Positions 36,518 through 46,477 are shown, numbered from the stretch's first letter. The stretch is 64,000 bases of DNA from Myxococcota bacterium (GCA_041687695.1 JAWLBL010000020.1:80647-144646), one strand, 5' to 3'. Program-made: numbers and translations. Notes: generated by a model not told the origin, from the letters alone.

Positions 36518-36553
36518 GGAGGCCACCCTACGGGGTGGCTTCTTGGTTTCGAA
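36518..36553 (+). terminator. Intrinsic terminator
   Basis: Hairpin ggccaccc-tacg-gggtggct followed by tcttggtttcgaa. Confidence 0.6.
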
Positions 36554-36736
36554 GGGGGCCGCCGGGTCGCACTGCGGCATTGATCCGATGTGGGCCCCGG
36601 GCTAACTTGCTTGCCCTCGCACCGACGTGAAGGCGTGACGCGTGGCTCGGGCCAGGCGGCTTGCCCCGAGGGTACGGCGATGGCGATACTGCGACGTCCC
36701 TTCGTCCGAGGGGGGCGGCAAGCTGGAGGAGCGACG

Positions 36737-38842
36737 ATGAAGAGATGGCTTGGAATCGTGATGGCTGCCATCGCGCTGAGTGGTGGGCAGGCCTGCGGCG
36801 ATGACGAGGGTGGCTTCATCCTCAACGATAACCCGAGCATCCAGGTCCGTCGCGACGGCGTCGCCATCTCCAGCGGCGAGGCCCAGAAGGTCAACGTGGC
36901 TGGTCTCGCCGAGAACCAGCAGACGATCGTCGGCACCTTCGAGATCGCGAACGACGGCGTCGGGGCGCTCAGCGTCAGCGAGATCTCGATCGTCTCGGAT
37001 CCGCCGAACGCGTTCACGGTTCAGTCTCTGGGAGCTGCGCTCCCGACCGCGGACGCCCCCGTCGAGGTGGTCGATCAAACCGCGCCCGACGGCACCAGGA
37101 CCTATCTCTTCTCCGTCGTCTACACGCGCCCCGCGTCACCGTCGGCGACGGGCACGCTGACCATCCGTTCGAACTCGAAGCCTGCCAACCGAGACCCCAA
37201 CCCGGTCGTCTCCTTCCCGATCCAGACCGAGGGTCTCCAGCCGCAGATCTCGGTCTCTCCCCCGGTGGTGGACTTCACCAACGTCGGCGCCAACCAGGAA
37301 AAGACCCTGTCGTTCAACATCGCGAACGTCGGCGGCCTGCCCCTGACCATCAACAGCTTCACCTTCGCCGGCTCGGAGTCCTTCACCCTCATCGACGGCG
37401 CCGGACAGTGGTCGCCTTCCGCCGAGACCAGCCAGGGCGTTCAGCTCGCCGAGCCGATCACCATCGCCGAGGGCAAGACGCGCAAGATGAACGTCAAGTT
37501 CGCGCCGGAGGGCCCCGAGGCGGCGACGGCCGACCTGCGGTTCTTCTCGAACGATCCGACCGCCACCAGCGGCACGCCCGTTCAGCTGCGCGGCAACGTC
37601 GGGGGGCCCTGCATCCAGATCGATCCCCAGCGGGTCGACTTCGGCGGCAAGCTCTTCGGCGGCGCCTACACCATCGACGTGCAGGTCACGTCCTGCGGGG
37701 ACGCGGACCTCCAGGTGACCGGCGTTCGCCTCAAGGACGGCGAGGGAGCGTCCGAGGACTTCACGCTCGACCTGACGTCCTTCGGCGCGTCCAACTCGGG
37801 CGAGCTGACCGAAGAAGACGCGCCGGTCGTCATCCCCAAGAACTCGAGCAAGACCTTCTCGGTCACCTATGTGCCCGACGAGATCAACCCGACCGACGTG
37901 AACGGCAAGCCGATCGCCGACCTCAACTTCATCGAGATCCACAGCAACACCTACCTGCCGGTCATCGATGTCGAGGTCCGCGGGTTCGGCGTCGAGGTGG
38001 ACTGCCCGACCGCCATCATCCAGGTCCAGGAGGGTGAGGAGGTCATCCCGCAGACCAAGCTCCACCTCGTCGGCTCGCAGAGCACGGCGCCCAGCGGCAG
38101 CATCAAGACCTACGAGTGGTCGGTCCAGCAGCCGCCGGGCTCGAAGTCGGTCTTCCACCCGAGCAAGAGCTTCGCGGACCCGACCTTCGAGGTGAACGTA
38201 GCCGGTACCTACGTGTTCTACCTGAACGTCTGGGACGAAAAGGGCGAAGCCGCCTGCGAGGTGGCCGAGTACACCGTCATCGTCAACCCGGACGAGGCCA
38301 TCCACATCGAGCTGCTCTGGGACACGCCCAACGACCCGGACCAGACCGACGAGGGGCCCGAGGCCGGGGCCGACATGGATCTCCACTTCACGCATCCCTT
38401 CGCGACGGGCGCGGACGTCGACGGCGACGGCATCCCCGACGGGTTCTTCGACATGCCCTTCGACACCTTCTGGTTCAACCCCGAGCCGGACTGGGCCTCG
38501 CACGACCCGGCGGTCGACGACAACCCCAGCCTCGATCGCGACGACACGGACGGCGCCGGCCCCGAGAACATCAACCTCAACCTGCCCGAGGACGGCCTGA
38601 AGTACCGGGTCGGCGTCCACTACTGGAACGACCACGGCTTCGGGGCCAGCTATGCGACCGTCCGCGTGTACATCTTCAGCGTGCTGGTGTTCGAGGTCGC
38701 CGGCGTCGAGATGATGCACCACGACATGTGCGAGTTCGCCACCATCGACTGGCCTAGCGGCGAGGTGCTCCCCGTCACCGGGCCCGACGGTGGTTACAAG
38801 TGCATGCCCAACTACGAGAACCCCCTGTTCGGCGGGCTCTGA
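36737..38842 (+). CDS. Paralog of the preceding Ig-like/PKD/YfaP-like lipoprotein
   Basis: GGAGG RBS, lipobox GQAC, same domain order; long identical stretches in the C-terminal domain. Confidence 0.75.
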   Translation: MKRWLGIVMAAIALSGGQACGDDEGGFILNDNPSIQVRRDGVAISSGEAQKVNVAGLAENQQTIVGTFEIANDGVGALSVSEISIVSDPPNAFTVQSLGAALPTADAPVEVVDQTAPDGTRTYLFSVVYTRPASPSATGTLTIRSNSKPANRDPNPVVSFPIQTEGLQPQISVSPPVVDFTNVGANQEKTLSFNIANVGGLPLTINSFTFAGSESFTLIDGAGQWSPSAETSQGVQLAEPITIAEGKTRKMNVKFAPEGPEAATADLRFFSNDPTATSGTPVQLRGNVGGPCIQIDPQRVDFGGKLFGGAYTIDVQVTSCGDADLQVTGVRLKDGEGASEDFTLDLTSFGASNSGELTEEDAPVVIPKNSSKTFSVTYVPDEINPTDVNGKPIADLNFIEIHSNTYLPVIDVEVRGFGVEVDCPTAIIQVQEGEEVIPQTKLHLVGSQSTAPSGSIKTYEWSVQQPPGSKSVFHPSKSFADPTFEVNVAGTYVFYLNVWDEKGEAACEVAEYTVIVNPDEAIHIELLWDTPNDPDQTDEGPEAGADMDLHFTHPFATGADVDGDGIPDGFFDMPFDTFWFNPEPDWASHDPAVDDNPSLDRDDTDGAGPENINLNLPEDGLKYRVGVHYWNDHGFGASYATVRVYIFSVLVFEVAGVEMMHHDMCEFATIDWPSGEVLPVTGPDGGYKCMPNYENPLFGGL

Positions 38843-38881
38843 GTCGACACCCGCGCGCTTGGTCGCGCGGCCGGTCAGCGG

Positions 38882-38924
38882 ACGGGCGCCATCCTCGAGG
38901 ATGGCGCCCGTTTTGCGTTTCGAA
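38882..38924 (+). terminator. Intrinsic terminator
   Basis: Perfect palindrome acgggcgccatcctcgaggatggcgcccgt followed by tttgcgtttcgaa. Confidence 0.75.
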
Positions 38925-39060
38925 GGCGCGTGCAACGACGCCCTTCGATGGGTACAATCCCCGCGCTTCGTATCGCGCCCGGCGAGGGCCCATGGCCCGT
39001 GGGGGGCCGCGCGACCACCCATCGCGCTCTCGCCGGCAACCCTTTGGGGAAGGACCGACC

Positions 39061-42000
39061 ATGAGAACGGAAGGGAGCACCATGGGCACTGCCACGCACA
39101 ACGCCTCGCTATGGCGCCGTCTCATGATCCTGGGTCTGTCGGCCGCAGTCGGCCTCGTCGCCGCGTGCAGCGACGACGACGGCAAGGGCGACAACTTCGT
39201 CATCTCCGATGACCTGGCGATTCGCGTCGAGCCCAACCCGATCGTCTTCGGCGCCGTCGCCGTCGGCAACCAGGAGGTCCGCGACGTCATCATCAGCCAC
39301 AACGGCACGTCGGGTACGCTCGAGCTGCGTAGCCTCGAGCTGGTCACGAGCAGCGCCGACCTGTCGATGACGCAGCCGACGGTGCTCCGCCTCGCCCCGG
39401 GTGAGACGACCAGCTTCACGGTCACCTACGTCCCCTCGGACGAGCTGGCCGACAGCGGCGTGGTGCGTATCGCGACCAACATCCCGGTGGCGGGCGGCAC
39501 CCAGACGCTCGAGGTGCCGGTCACGACGCCGCAGTCGTCGGGCATGCTGTTCGCGCAGCCCAGCACCGTCGACTTCGGGAAGGTGCAGACCGGCACGACG
39601 GCCAACAAGACCGTCTCCATCCGCAACGTCGGGTTCAGCGAGGTCACGGTCTCGGATCTCGCCATCGGCAAGGGCGGCAGCGAGGACTTCGGGATCGTCA
39701 CGACCCCCGAGCTGCCGCTCAAGGTCCAGCCGGACGGCGCCTTCGAGGTCGAGCTGTCCTACACGCCGACCCTCGGAGACATCGACAGCAATCAGCTGAT
39801 CGTCACCTACGCCGACAAGCAGAACGACGGCGAGCACAAGGTCCTGCTTCGTGGCGAGGAGGTCGCGCCGCGCCTCGTGATCTTCCCGAACCCGGTCGAC
39901 TTCGGAAAGCGCGCGACGAACGAGACGCACGAGATCACGGTGAACCTGGCCAACCAGGGCGACCTCCCGCTGGTCATCACCAAGATCGAGCGCGTCGACA
40001 TGGGCGAGTGGAGCGACACCGTCACGGTCGAGGACGTCCCCGCGGGCGGCCTGACCCTGGCTGACGCGACCCCGGCGGGCATCAAGGTGTCCTTCACGCC
40101 GCCGGGTGACATGCCGGTCCTCACTTCGCCCGTGGCCGGCCTGCGCATCATCAGCAACGACCCGGCCGGCGCCGGCGAGACCCTGGTGCCGGTCTTCGGT
40201 CGCCCCGACGCCCCGTCGCTGCAGGTCAACCCGCCCGAGCTCGTGGACTTCGGCTTCGTCGCGCAGAACCTGACCACCAAGCGGATCGTCTCGCTGTACA
40301 ACGGCGGATCGGCCGACCTGGTCGTCGATGCCCTGACGGTGCTCGATGACACGGGCGCCCTGGCCGGCGAGTACACGCTGGCCGTGGACGCGACCTGGGG
40401 TCCCACGGCCTCGCCCGCCACTTCTGGCGTCATTCCGCCGGGCGAGTCCCGCAAGGTCGGCGTCCTGTTCACGAACAACGGCGGCGACACCGGCACGGCC
40501 TGGGGCAAGCTGATCATCGACAGCCAGGACGGCGACAACCCCAGCTGGGAGGTCACCCTCAAGGCGCAGCGCGCCGGCGCCCCCACCTGCGAGGTGCAGC
40601 TGGTCCCCGACCTCGTCGACTATGGCATCGTCCCCCGCGGCTTCACCAAGACCATGAAGTTCCAGCTGGTCAACGTGGGCTCGGGTGAGTGCGGCTTCCA
40701 CAGCGCCTTCGTCAACGACTGCGCGTCGGGCATCCCGTTCCCCATCCCCGGCTTCCCCATCTCGGCCAACTGCGCGGATCCGTCGAACACGCCGCAGATC
40801 GATGGCAACAGCACCGTCTACACCGTCACGCAGAAGCCCTTCTCGGCCGCCAACAACCTCAAGCCTGGGATGTCCTACCCGGTCGCCGTGACCTTCACGC
40901 CGCCGCAGTCGGCGCCCATCTTCGGCGACGAGACGACGGCCTACCCGGGCCTGCTCGGCGTCCGCATCACCGACCCCTACAACCCGGGCGGCGGCAACGT
41001 CATCTACCCCATGGCCCAGAGCGCCGGGACCTGGCTGCCCAACCTGCACGCGAAGTCGGGCATGGCCGAGCTCAGCGTCTTCCCGCAGGAGCTGGACTTC
41101 GGCGTCGTCACCATCGGCTGCCACAGCCAGACCTTCACGGTGACCGCGTACAACGTCGGCACGGCGCCGCTGGACATCACCGACTGGGAGCTGGTCGGCT
41201 GCACGCCCGAGTTCAAGGTCAAGGACTACCCCGCCCTCGACGAGCCGGTCGGTGACGGGACCTTCAAGAAGACGCTGAACCCCGAGGCGGGCGTCGAGTT
41301 CAAGGTCGCTTACGCGCCACAGGACGAGAGCCAGAAGTCGCCCGAGAACCCCGACGAGTACGTCAAGGAGTCCTGCGGGCTCGCCCTGTACACCAACGGC
41401 TCCGACACGCCGGCGGCCGTCGTGCCGCTGCTGGGCGCGGGGACCTACGAGACCGAGCACACCGACGAGTTCATCCAGAAGAGCGGTCAGGACGTGGACG
41501 TCCTCTTCGTGGTCGACAACTCCGGGTCGATGAGCGAGGAGCAGAACAACCTGTCCAAGAACTTCGGCAACTTCGTCAACCAGGCGACGACCTGGAACAA
41601 CGACTATCAGATTGGCGTCATCTCGACCGACATCGACAAGGACGGCGGCATGCTGCTCGGCACGCCGCGCTTCGTGACCAAGGCGACCGTCGGCCAGTTC
41701 GGTAACAACGTGAAGCTGGGCACCAACGGGTCGGGCACCGAGCAGGGTCTCGCTGCGGCCCAGATGGCCCTGAGCCTGCCGCTGACGGCGGACTCGACGA
41801 CCGCATGCACGTCGGCCGCCCAGTGCAACCAGGGCGAGGCCTGCGTCGACGGCTTCTGCGGCGGGCCCAACCGCGCCTTCATGCGCAAGGACGCGGCCCT
41901 CGAGGTCGTGTTCGTCAGCGACGAGGACGACTACTCGCCGGCGGACATCAACTTCTACATCAACTTCTTCAAGAACATCAAAGGCTTCTACAACAGCAAC

Positions 42001-42393
42001 CTGATGCACGCGCACGCCATCGTCGGGCCGTCGGGTGGCTGCTCGTCGTCCAATGGCGACGCGATCGCGGGTCACCGCTACATCGAGGTGGCCAAGGCGA
42101 CCGGCGGCAACATCATCAGCATCTGCGAGTCCGACTTCTCGACCGGCCTGAAGTCGATCGGTGAGATCGCCTTCGGCCTCAAGGTCCAATTCTTCCTGAC
42201 CCGCACGGCCCAGCCGGCGACGCTCGAGGTGAAGGTCGCCGACGTCCCCTGCCCGGCGGTCAGCGGTGGTCAGACCAACTGGCACTACGACCAGCCCAGC
42301 AACTCGGTCGTGTTCAACGAGACCGGCGCCTGCATGCCGCAGCCCGGCGACAAGGTCTGGATTCACTACGAGACCCTCTGCTTCCTCGAGTAG
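39061..42393 (+). CDS. Large lipoprotein with about six Ig-like (choice-of-anchor D) repeats and a C-terminal VWA domain
   Basis: Lipobox VAAC; repeated P..vDFG; DVLFVVDNSGSM intact MIDAS, GSGTEQGL, FVSDEDD; start 39061 or 39082. Confidence 0.8.
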   Translation: MRTEGSTMGTATHNASLWRRLMILGLSAAVGLVAACSDDDGKGDNFVISDDLAIRVEPNPIVFGAVAVGNQEVRDVIISHNGTSGTLELRSLELVTSSADLSMTQPTVLRLAPGETTSFTVTYVPSDELADSGVVRIATNIPVAGGTQTLEVPVTTPQSSGMLFAQPSTVDFGKVQTGTTANKTVSIRNVGFSEVTVSDLAIGKGGSEDFGIVTTPELPLKVQPDGAFEVELSYTPTLGDIDSNQLIVTYADKQNDGEHKVLLRGEEVAPRLVIFPNPVDFGKRATNETHEITVNLANQGDLPLVITKIERVDMGEWSDTVTVEDVPAGGLTLADATPAGIKVSFTPPGDMPVLTSPVAGLRIISNDPAGAGETLVPVFGRPDAPSLQVNPPELVDFGFVAQNLTTKRIVSLYNGGSADLVVDALTVLDDTGALAGEYTLAVDATWGPTASPATSGVIPPGESRKVGVLFTNNGGDTGTAWGKLIIDSQDGDNPSWEVTLKAQRAGAPTCEVQLVPDLVDYGIVPRGFTKTMKFQLVNVGSGECGFHSAFVNDCASGIPFPIPGFPISANCADPSNTPQIDGNSTVYTVTQKPFSAANNLKPGMSYPVAVTFTPPQSAPIFGDETTAYPGLLGVRITDPYNPGGGNVIYPMAQSAGTWLPNLHAKSGMAELSVFPQELDFGVVTIGCHSQTFTVTAYNVGTAPLDITDWELVGCTPEFKVKDYPALDEPVGDGTFKKTLNPEAGVEFKVAYAPQDESQKSPENPDEYVKESCGLALYTNGSDTPAAVVPLLGAGTYETEHTDEFIQKSGQDVDVLFVVDNSGSMSEEQNNLSKNFGNFVNQATTWNNDYQIGVISTDIDKDGGMLLGTPRFVTKATVGQFGNNVKLGTNGSGTEQGLAAAQMALSLPLTADSTTACTSAAQCNQGEACVDGFCGGPNRAFMRKDAALEVVFVSDEDDYSPADINFYINFFKNIKGFYNSNLMHAHAIVGPSGGCSSSNGDAIAGHRYIEVAKATGGNIISICESDFSTGLKSIGEIAFGLKVQFFLTRTAQPATLEVKVADVPCPAVSGGQTNWHYDQPSNSVVFNETGACMPQPGDKVWIHYETLCFLE

Positions 42394-42473
42394 GAGCGCG
42401 GGGGCTTCGAGTCGCGCGTCAGGTACGGACCGCTCCGTGGCCTGACGCGCCGATTCCTGCGGGCGCGTCGGCG

Positions 42474-42502
42474 TTGAGTCGGCGCGCCCGAGCCGTTAAA
42501 GT
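42474..42502 (+). promoter_or_regulatory. Putative sigma70-type promoter for the fourth Ig-like lipoprotein
   Basis: TTGAGT-17 bp-TAAAGT, then GGAGG RBS. Confidence 0.45.
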
Positions 42503-42532
42503 GCTGCGTCCGAACGCCGAGGGAGGCTGAAC

Positions 42533-44419
42533 GTGCGACGTTGGATGGTGAAGGCCGCGGCCGCCGCGATGGCGGTGGCGATGACGGCGGCATGTGGCGA
42601 CGACTTCGAGGTCAACGAGTTCCCCCGCATCGAGGTCGCGGTCGAAGGCGACCCCGTGGACGAGGCCGGCGGAGAGGTCCGCTTCACGACGGCGCTGCAG
42701 AGCTCCATCGACATGACCGTGCGGATCACCAACCCGGGCAACAAGCCCTTGGTGGTCTCGAAGGTGGCCTGGGAGGTCGACGAGCTGACCGGGGTGACGG
42801 CCAAGAACGAGTACGTCACCCTCTCGGGTCAGCCCGTCGGTTCGACGACGGTCTCCCACACCGACGGGTTCGGCCTGACGTTCAAGGTCCGCTACACGCC
42901 GCCGCTCGGCAAGGCGCTCGACGACTTCTCGTCTTCGGTGCTGATCATCGAGTCCAACGCCCGCGACCGCGCCAACAAGAAGAACATCGACCGCATCGCC
43001 ATCACCTTCTCGATGCCCGAGGACCGGGCGTATCCCGAGATCTCGCCGAACCCGTACACCTTCCAGAACGCCACGCCCACCAAGCCCGAGCAGCAGACGT
43101 TCTTCATCACCAACGACACCGAGCTGGCCACCACCTCGTTCCAGGTCACGGGCATCCGCCTCGCCAAGAGCTCCGACGAGTTCACGCTCCTCGATCTGCC
43201 GAACCTGCCTGCCACCGTCGCCAAGCCAGACCCCATCCTGGGTTCCGTGCCCGTGACCTTCAAGGTGCAGTACCGCCCGGTCGACGAAGGCAACGACACC
43301 AACACCCTGGTGGTCGAGACCGATCAAGGCACCTTCAACGTGCCGCTCAGCAGCAGCTTCAACCCGGGTGGCTATTCGGTCAGCTACTCCCACGTCGACC
43401 TGTTCGATTTCTCGAACGTCAACGCCATCGACGTCCGCAACGTCAGCGTGCTCTCCGAGGGGCCGGGTGTCTTGGCCATCAAGGAGCCGCGCATCGAGCC
43501 GGCCGAGGCCAACGACGTCTTCTCCTTCAAGGTCCTGAAGCCGGCGACCAAGCCTGACGAGGAGCCGTCCGAGATCACCAAGTTCCCGCAGGCCTTCGCG
43601 GCCGGGAAGTCCTTCGAGATCGAGGTCACCTACGCGCCGGGCGCCGATCCGACCAAGAGCCCCAACGGCCGCCTCATCGTCCCCTACACCGCGCCCGACA
43701 GCGGCGAGATGGTCTTCGAGCTGTGGGCCGGCACGCCCAAGCCGCTCGTCTCCATCGCTCCGTTCACCAAGCTCGTGGCCGTCAACGCCGACGCGGCCAG
43801 CGGCGCGACGGGCACGCGCAACGTCGTGGTCTACAACTACGGCAACGGCGCGCTGACCGTGAACGACGTGACGATGCAGGGCTCGAGCGACCTGACCAAG
43901 CGCGTGTTCGACCTGACCAACAAGCCCGCCGCCGACACGGTCGTGCCGCCCGGCGGCGCGCTGGTCCTCGAGGTCGCCTGGGACGCCAGCAAGTACGCCC
44001 CGCAGAACCTCGACGAGTTCCTGCACGTCCACTACATCCACGGCTTCACGGGCGAGGCCACCTCCGAGACGGTCGCGCTCGTCTTCTACGACGACCCGGG
44101 CGTGCCCCCGACCGCCGTCGCTGGGCCCGAGGCTGGTTACGCCGGCACCGTCGGCGAGGAGCTGACGCTCGACGGCAGCGGCTCGACCGGTGGCGACTTT
44201 ACGCTCGGCGCGAACAGCTACCTCTGGTACCTGACCGATCTGCCCGCGGGTTCGCGCGCCAGGCTGAACGTCGAGAACGGGCCGTTCCCCAGCTTCGTCC
44301 CTGACGTCGCTGGCTCGTACACGGTCGAGCTGGTCGTGTACGCGGTCGACTCGGCCACCTCGGACTTCCTGACGTCGGCCCCGCACAGCGTGACCGTGGA
44401 CGTTCAGGCGGCCCCTTGA
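42533..44419 (+). CDS. Lipoprotein with Ig-like repeats and a C-terminal PKD-like domain
   Basis: Lipobox TAAC; N.GN..L.V repeats; PTAVAG...LTLDGSGS...YLW...FVPDVAGSYTVELVV. Confidence 0.7.
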   Translation: MRRWMVKAAAAAMAVAMTAACGDDFEVNEFPRIEVAVEGDPVDEAGGEVRFTTALQSSIDMTVRITNPGNKPLVVSKVAWEVDELTGVTAKNEYVTLSGQPVGSTTVSHTDGFGLTFKVRYTPPLGKALDDFSSSVLIIESNARDRANKKNIDRIAITFSMPEDRAYPEISPNPYTFQNATPTKPEQQTFFITNDTELATTSFQVTGIRLAKSSDEFTLLDLPNLPATVAKPDPILGSVPVTFKVQYRPVDEGNDTNTLVVETDQGTFNVPLSSSFNPGGYSVSYSHVDLFDFSNVNAIDVRNVSVLSEGPGVLAIKEPRIEPAEANDVFSFKVLKPATKPDEEPSEITKFPQAFAAGKSFEIEVTYAPGADPTKSPNGRLIVPYTAPDSGEMVFELWAGTPKPLVSIAPFTKLVAVNADAASGATGTRNVVVYNYGNGALTVNDVTMQGSSDLTKRVFDLTNKPAADTVVPPGGALVLEVAWDASKYAPQNLDEFLHVHYIHGFTGEATSETVALVFYDDPGVPPTAVAGPEAGYAGTVGEELTLDGSGSTGGDFTLGANSYLWYLTDLPAGSRARLNVENGPFPSFVPDVAGSYTVELVVYAVDSATSDFLTSAPHSVTVDVQAAP

Positions 44420-45108
44420 GCGACGAGCTCTGGATCGCCGCCCGCTTCCGCGACGACGAGGTCTTCGCCCGCTGCACGAAGGACGGCCAGTTCGTCCTCG
44501 AGCGCGGGCTGGTCCCCATCAAGTACACGGCGGGCGGCAAGACCTACGCCACGCGGCCCGAGCGGCTCGAGCCCGTCGAGGGCGTGACCCCCGGGCCGCT
44601 ACAGGCTCCGCCCGCCAAGGCCAAGGCCGCAGGCGCCAAGGCGCCGGGCAAGGCGCGGCGAGGCATGGGGGGCGGCGACTACACCATGCGCCGGCCCGAG
44701 GACCAGGCCATCCAGCTGTGGACGGACGGGGCCTGCACGGGCAACCCGGGCCCGGCGGGGCTGGGTGTGGTCTATCGCCACCGAGGCGAGGTGCGAGAGC
44801 TCTCGGAGTACCTCGGGCAGGGCACGAACAACATCGCCGAGCTGACGGCGATCCTGCGCGGCGTCGAGCTGGTGCGGGATCCCAAGACGCCCGTCGACAT
44901 CATGACCGACTCGACCTACTGCATCGGCCTGCTGACGATGGGGTGGAAGGCCAAGGCCAACCAGGCGCTGGTGGCCACGCTTCGCGACGCCGTGGGTCGC
45001 CTCGAGGACGTTCGCCTGCTGAAGGTGCCTGGCCACGCAGGCGTCGACGACAACGAGCGTGCCGACGAGCTGGCGCGCGAGGCCATCGTGACGCGCCGCA
45101 CCCGCTGA
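44416..45108 (+). CDS. rnhA: Ribonuclease HI with an extra N-terminal domain
   Basis: WTDGACTGNPGPAG, TNNIAEL, TDSTY, KVPGHAG..NERADELA. Confidence 0.9.
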   Translation: MSDELWIAARFRDDEVFARCTKDGQFVLERGLVPIKYTAGGKTYATRPERLEPVEGVTPGPLQAPPAKAKAAGAKAPGKARRGMGGGDYTMRRPEDQAIQLWTDGACTGNPGPAGLGVVYRHRGEVRELSEYLGQGTNNIAELTAILRGVELVRDPKTPVDIMTDSTYCIGLLTMGWKAKANQALVATLRDAVGRLEDVRLLKVPGHAGVDDNERADELAREAIVTRRTR

Positions 45109-45140
45109 CGAACGGGGGACCGAGGAGACCGCAGGCGCAC

Positions 45141-45193
45141 TGAACATAAATGACGTGAACAATCTTGACGCTGTCACGCATGTTCAGTAGCTT
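45141..45193 (+). promoter_or_regulatory. lexA promoter with three TGAACA-N4-TGAC candidate LexA boxes
   Basis: Copies at 45141-45154, 45156-45169 and inverted 45173-45186; TTGACG (45165)-17 bp-TAGCTT (45188). Confidence 0.7.
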
Positions 45194-45286
45194 GCCTACG
45201 TTCCCCTCGTTCAACCCCAACGCGTGGCCCAGCCGCGCGGTTCCTGGCGCGCCTTCACACGCGCCGACGTCACGCGGAGCAGGCCC

Positions 45287-45931
45287 ATGAACAAGCGCGA
45301 GAAGCTGACCGAGCGCCAGGAGCAGGTCCTCGAGTGCATCCAGCGCTCGATCGAGCAGGCGGGCTACCCGCCAACGATCCGCGAGATCGGCGCCGAGTTG
45401 GGGATCCGGTCGACCAACGCGGTCAACGACCACCTCAAGGCGCTCGAGCGCAAGGGCTACCTGAACCGCAACGAGGCCAAGAGCCGCGCCCTCGTCCCCG
45501 TCGACGCCGCGGACTCGCCGACGGCGCACGCCGAGGACATGCTCGAGATCCCCATCCTCGGCCGCATCGCCGCCGGACAGCCCATCCTGGCCGTCGAGAA
45601 CATCGAGGATCGGGTCCGCATCGATCGCTACTTCGTCGGGCGCGCGACCGAGCTCTTCGGGCTGCGGGTGGTCGGCGACTCCATGATCGGCGACGGCATC
45701 CAGGACGGCGACTTCATCTTCGTCCGCAAGCAGAACCACGCGCCCACTGGCGAGATCGTGGTCGCCTGGATCGACGGAGAGGCCACCGTCAAGCGCTACT
45801 TCCCCGAGGGCGACCGCATCCGCTTCCAGCCCTCGAACCCGCGGCTGCAGCCCATCTACGTCGCCGCCGGGGACTTCCGCGAGACGCAGATCCTCGGTGT
45901 CGTCGTCGGCATCTACCGTAAGCTCAACTGA
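45287..45931 (+). CDS. lexA: SOS repressor LexA
   Basis: [13 protein letters not shown] wHTH, IAAGQP cleavage site, GDSM serine, ATVKR lysine. Confidence 0.97.
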   Translation: MNKREKLTERQEQVLECIQRSIEQAGYPPTIREIGAELGIRSTNAVNDHLKALERKGYLNRNEAKSRALVPVDAADSPTAHAEDMLEIPILGRIAAGQPILAVENIEDRVRIDRYFVGRATELFGLRVVGDSMIGDGIQDGDFIFVRKQNHAPTGEIVVAWIDGEATVKRYFPEGDRIRFQPSNPRLQPIYVAAGDFRETQILGVVVGIYRKLN

Positions 45932-46269
45932 ACGCGAGCGGGGGGCGCCGTACGCTGCGCCCCCCCGCCTCGCCAAGCCGCGCTGCTCGCGCGTCGGACC
46001 TCGGGGCCTGGCGCGAGGCACGCCCCGCTTCGCTGCAGGAGCCCTGGGCCCCCTCCGAACCCGCGCCGCGGGGCCCTCCAGGGCATGGTCGCGACGTAGC
46101 TCGCGCCGAAGCGCGCTCGCGACCTTCGAGCCTCTCGCATGGACTTCGCGAAGGGATCTGGGCGCCCGGTACGATGGGACTCGGTGTCCTGCGACGGTCG
46201 GCTACTTCCAGGCGGCGTTCAGCGACGGCCGACTGCGCCCAGCCGGGGAGTCGCGATGGGCGGCTACTC

Positions 46270-46441
46270 GAGGGTGTCGTATTGATGCCGGCGGAGGCGC
46301 CTTGGAGTGCTCCGGCTTGCCGGAGCCCCTGCCCCGGCGGCTTGCCGCCGGGATCTGGCCCCCCACCCGGCGCAGCAAGCTGCGCCGGGTGGGGGCTCCA
46401 CCAAGGTGGAGCGCTCGGGTTGGAGCTTTTGCGACACCCTC
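46270..46441 (+). mobile_element. 172-bp MITE-like element, copy A
   Basis: Terminal inverted repeats GAGGGTGTCG...CGACACCCTC enclosing four internal hairpins. Confidence 0.7.
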
Positions 46442-46477
46442 TACCCCCAGGCGGCGTATCGCGATGGGCGGCTACTC

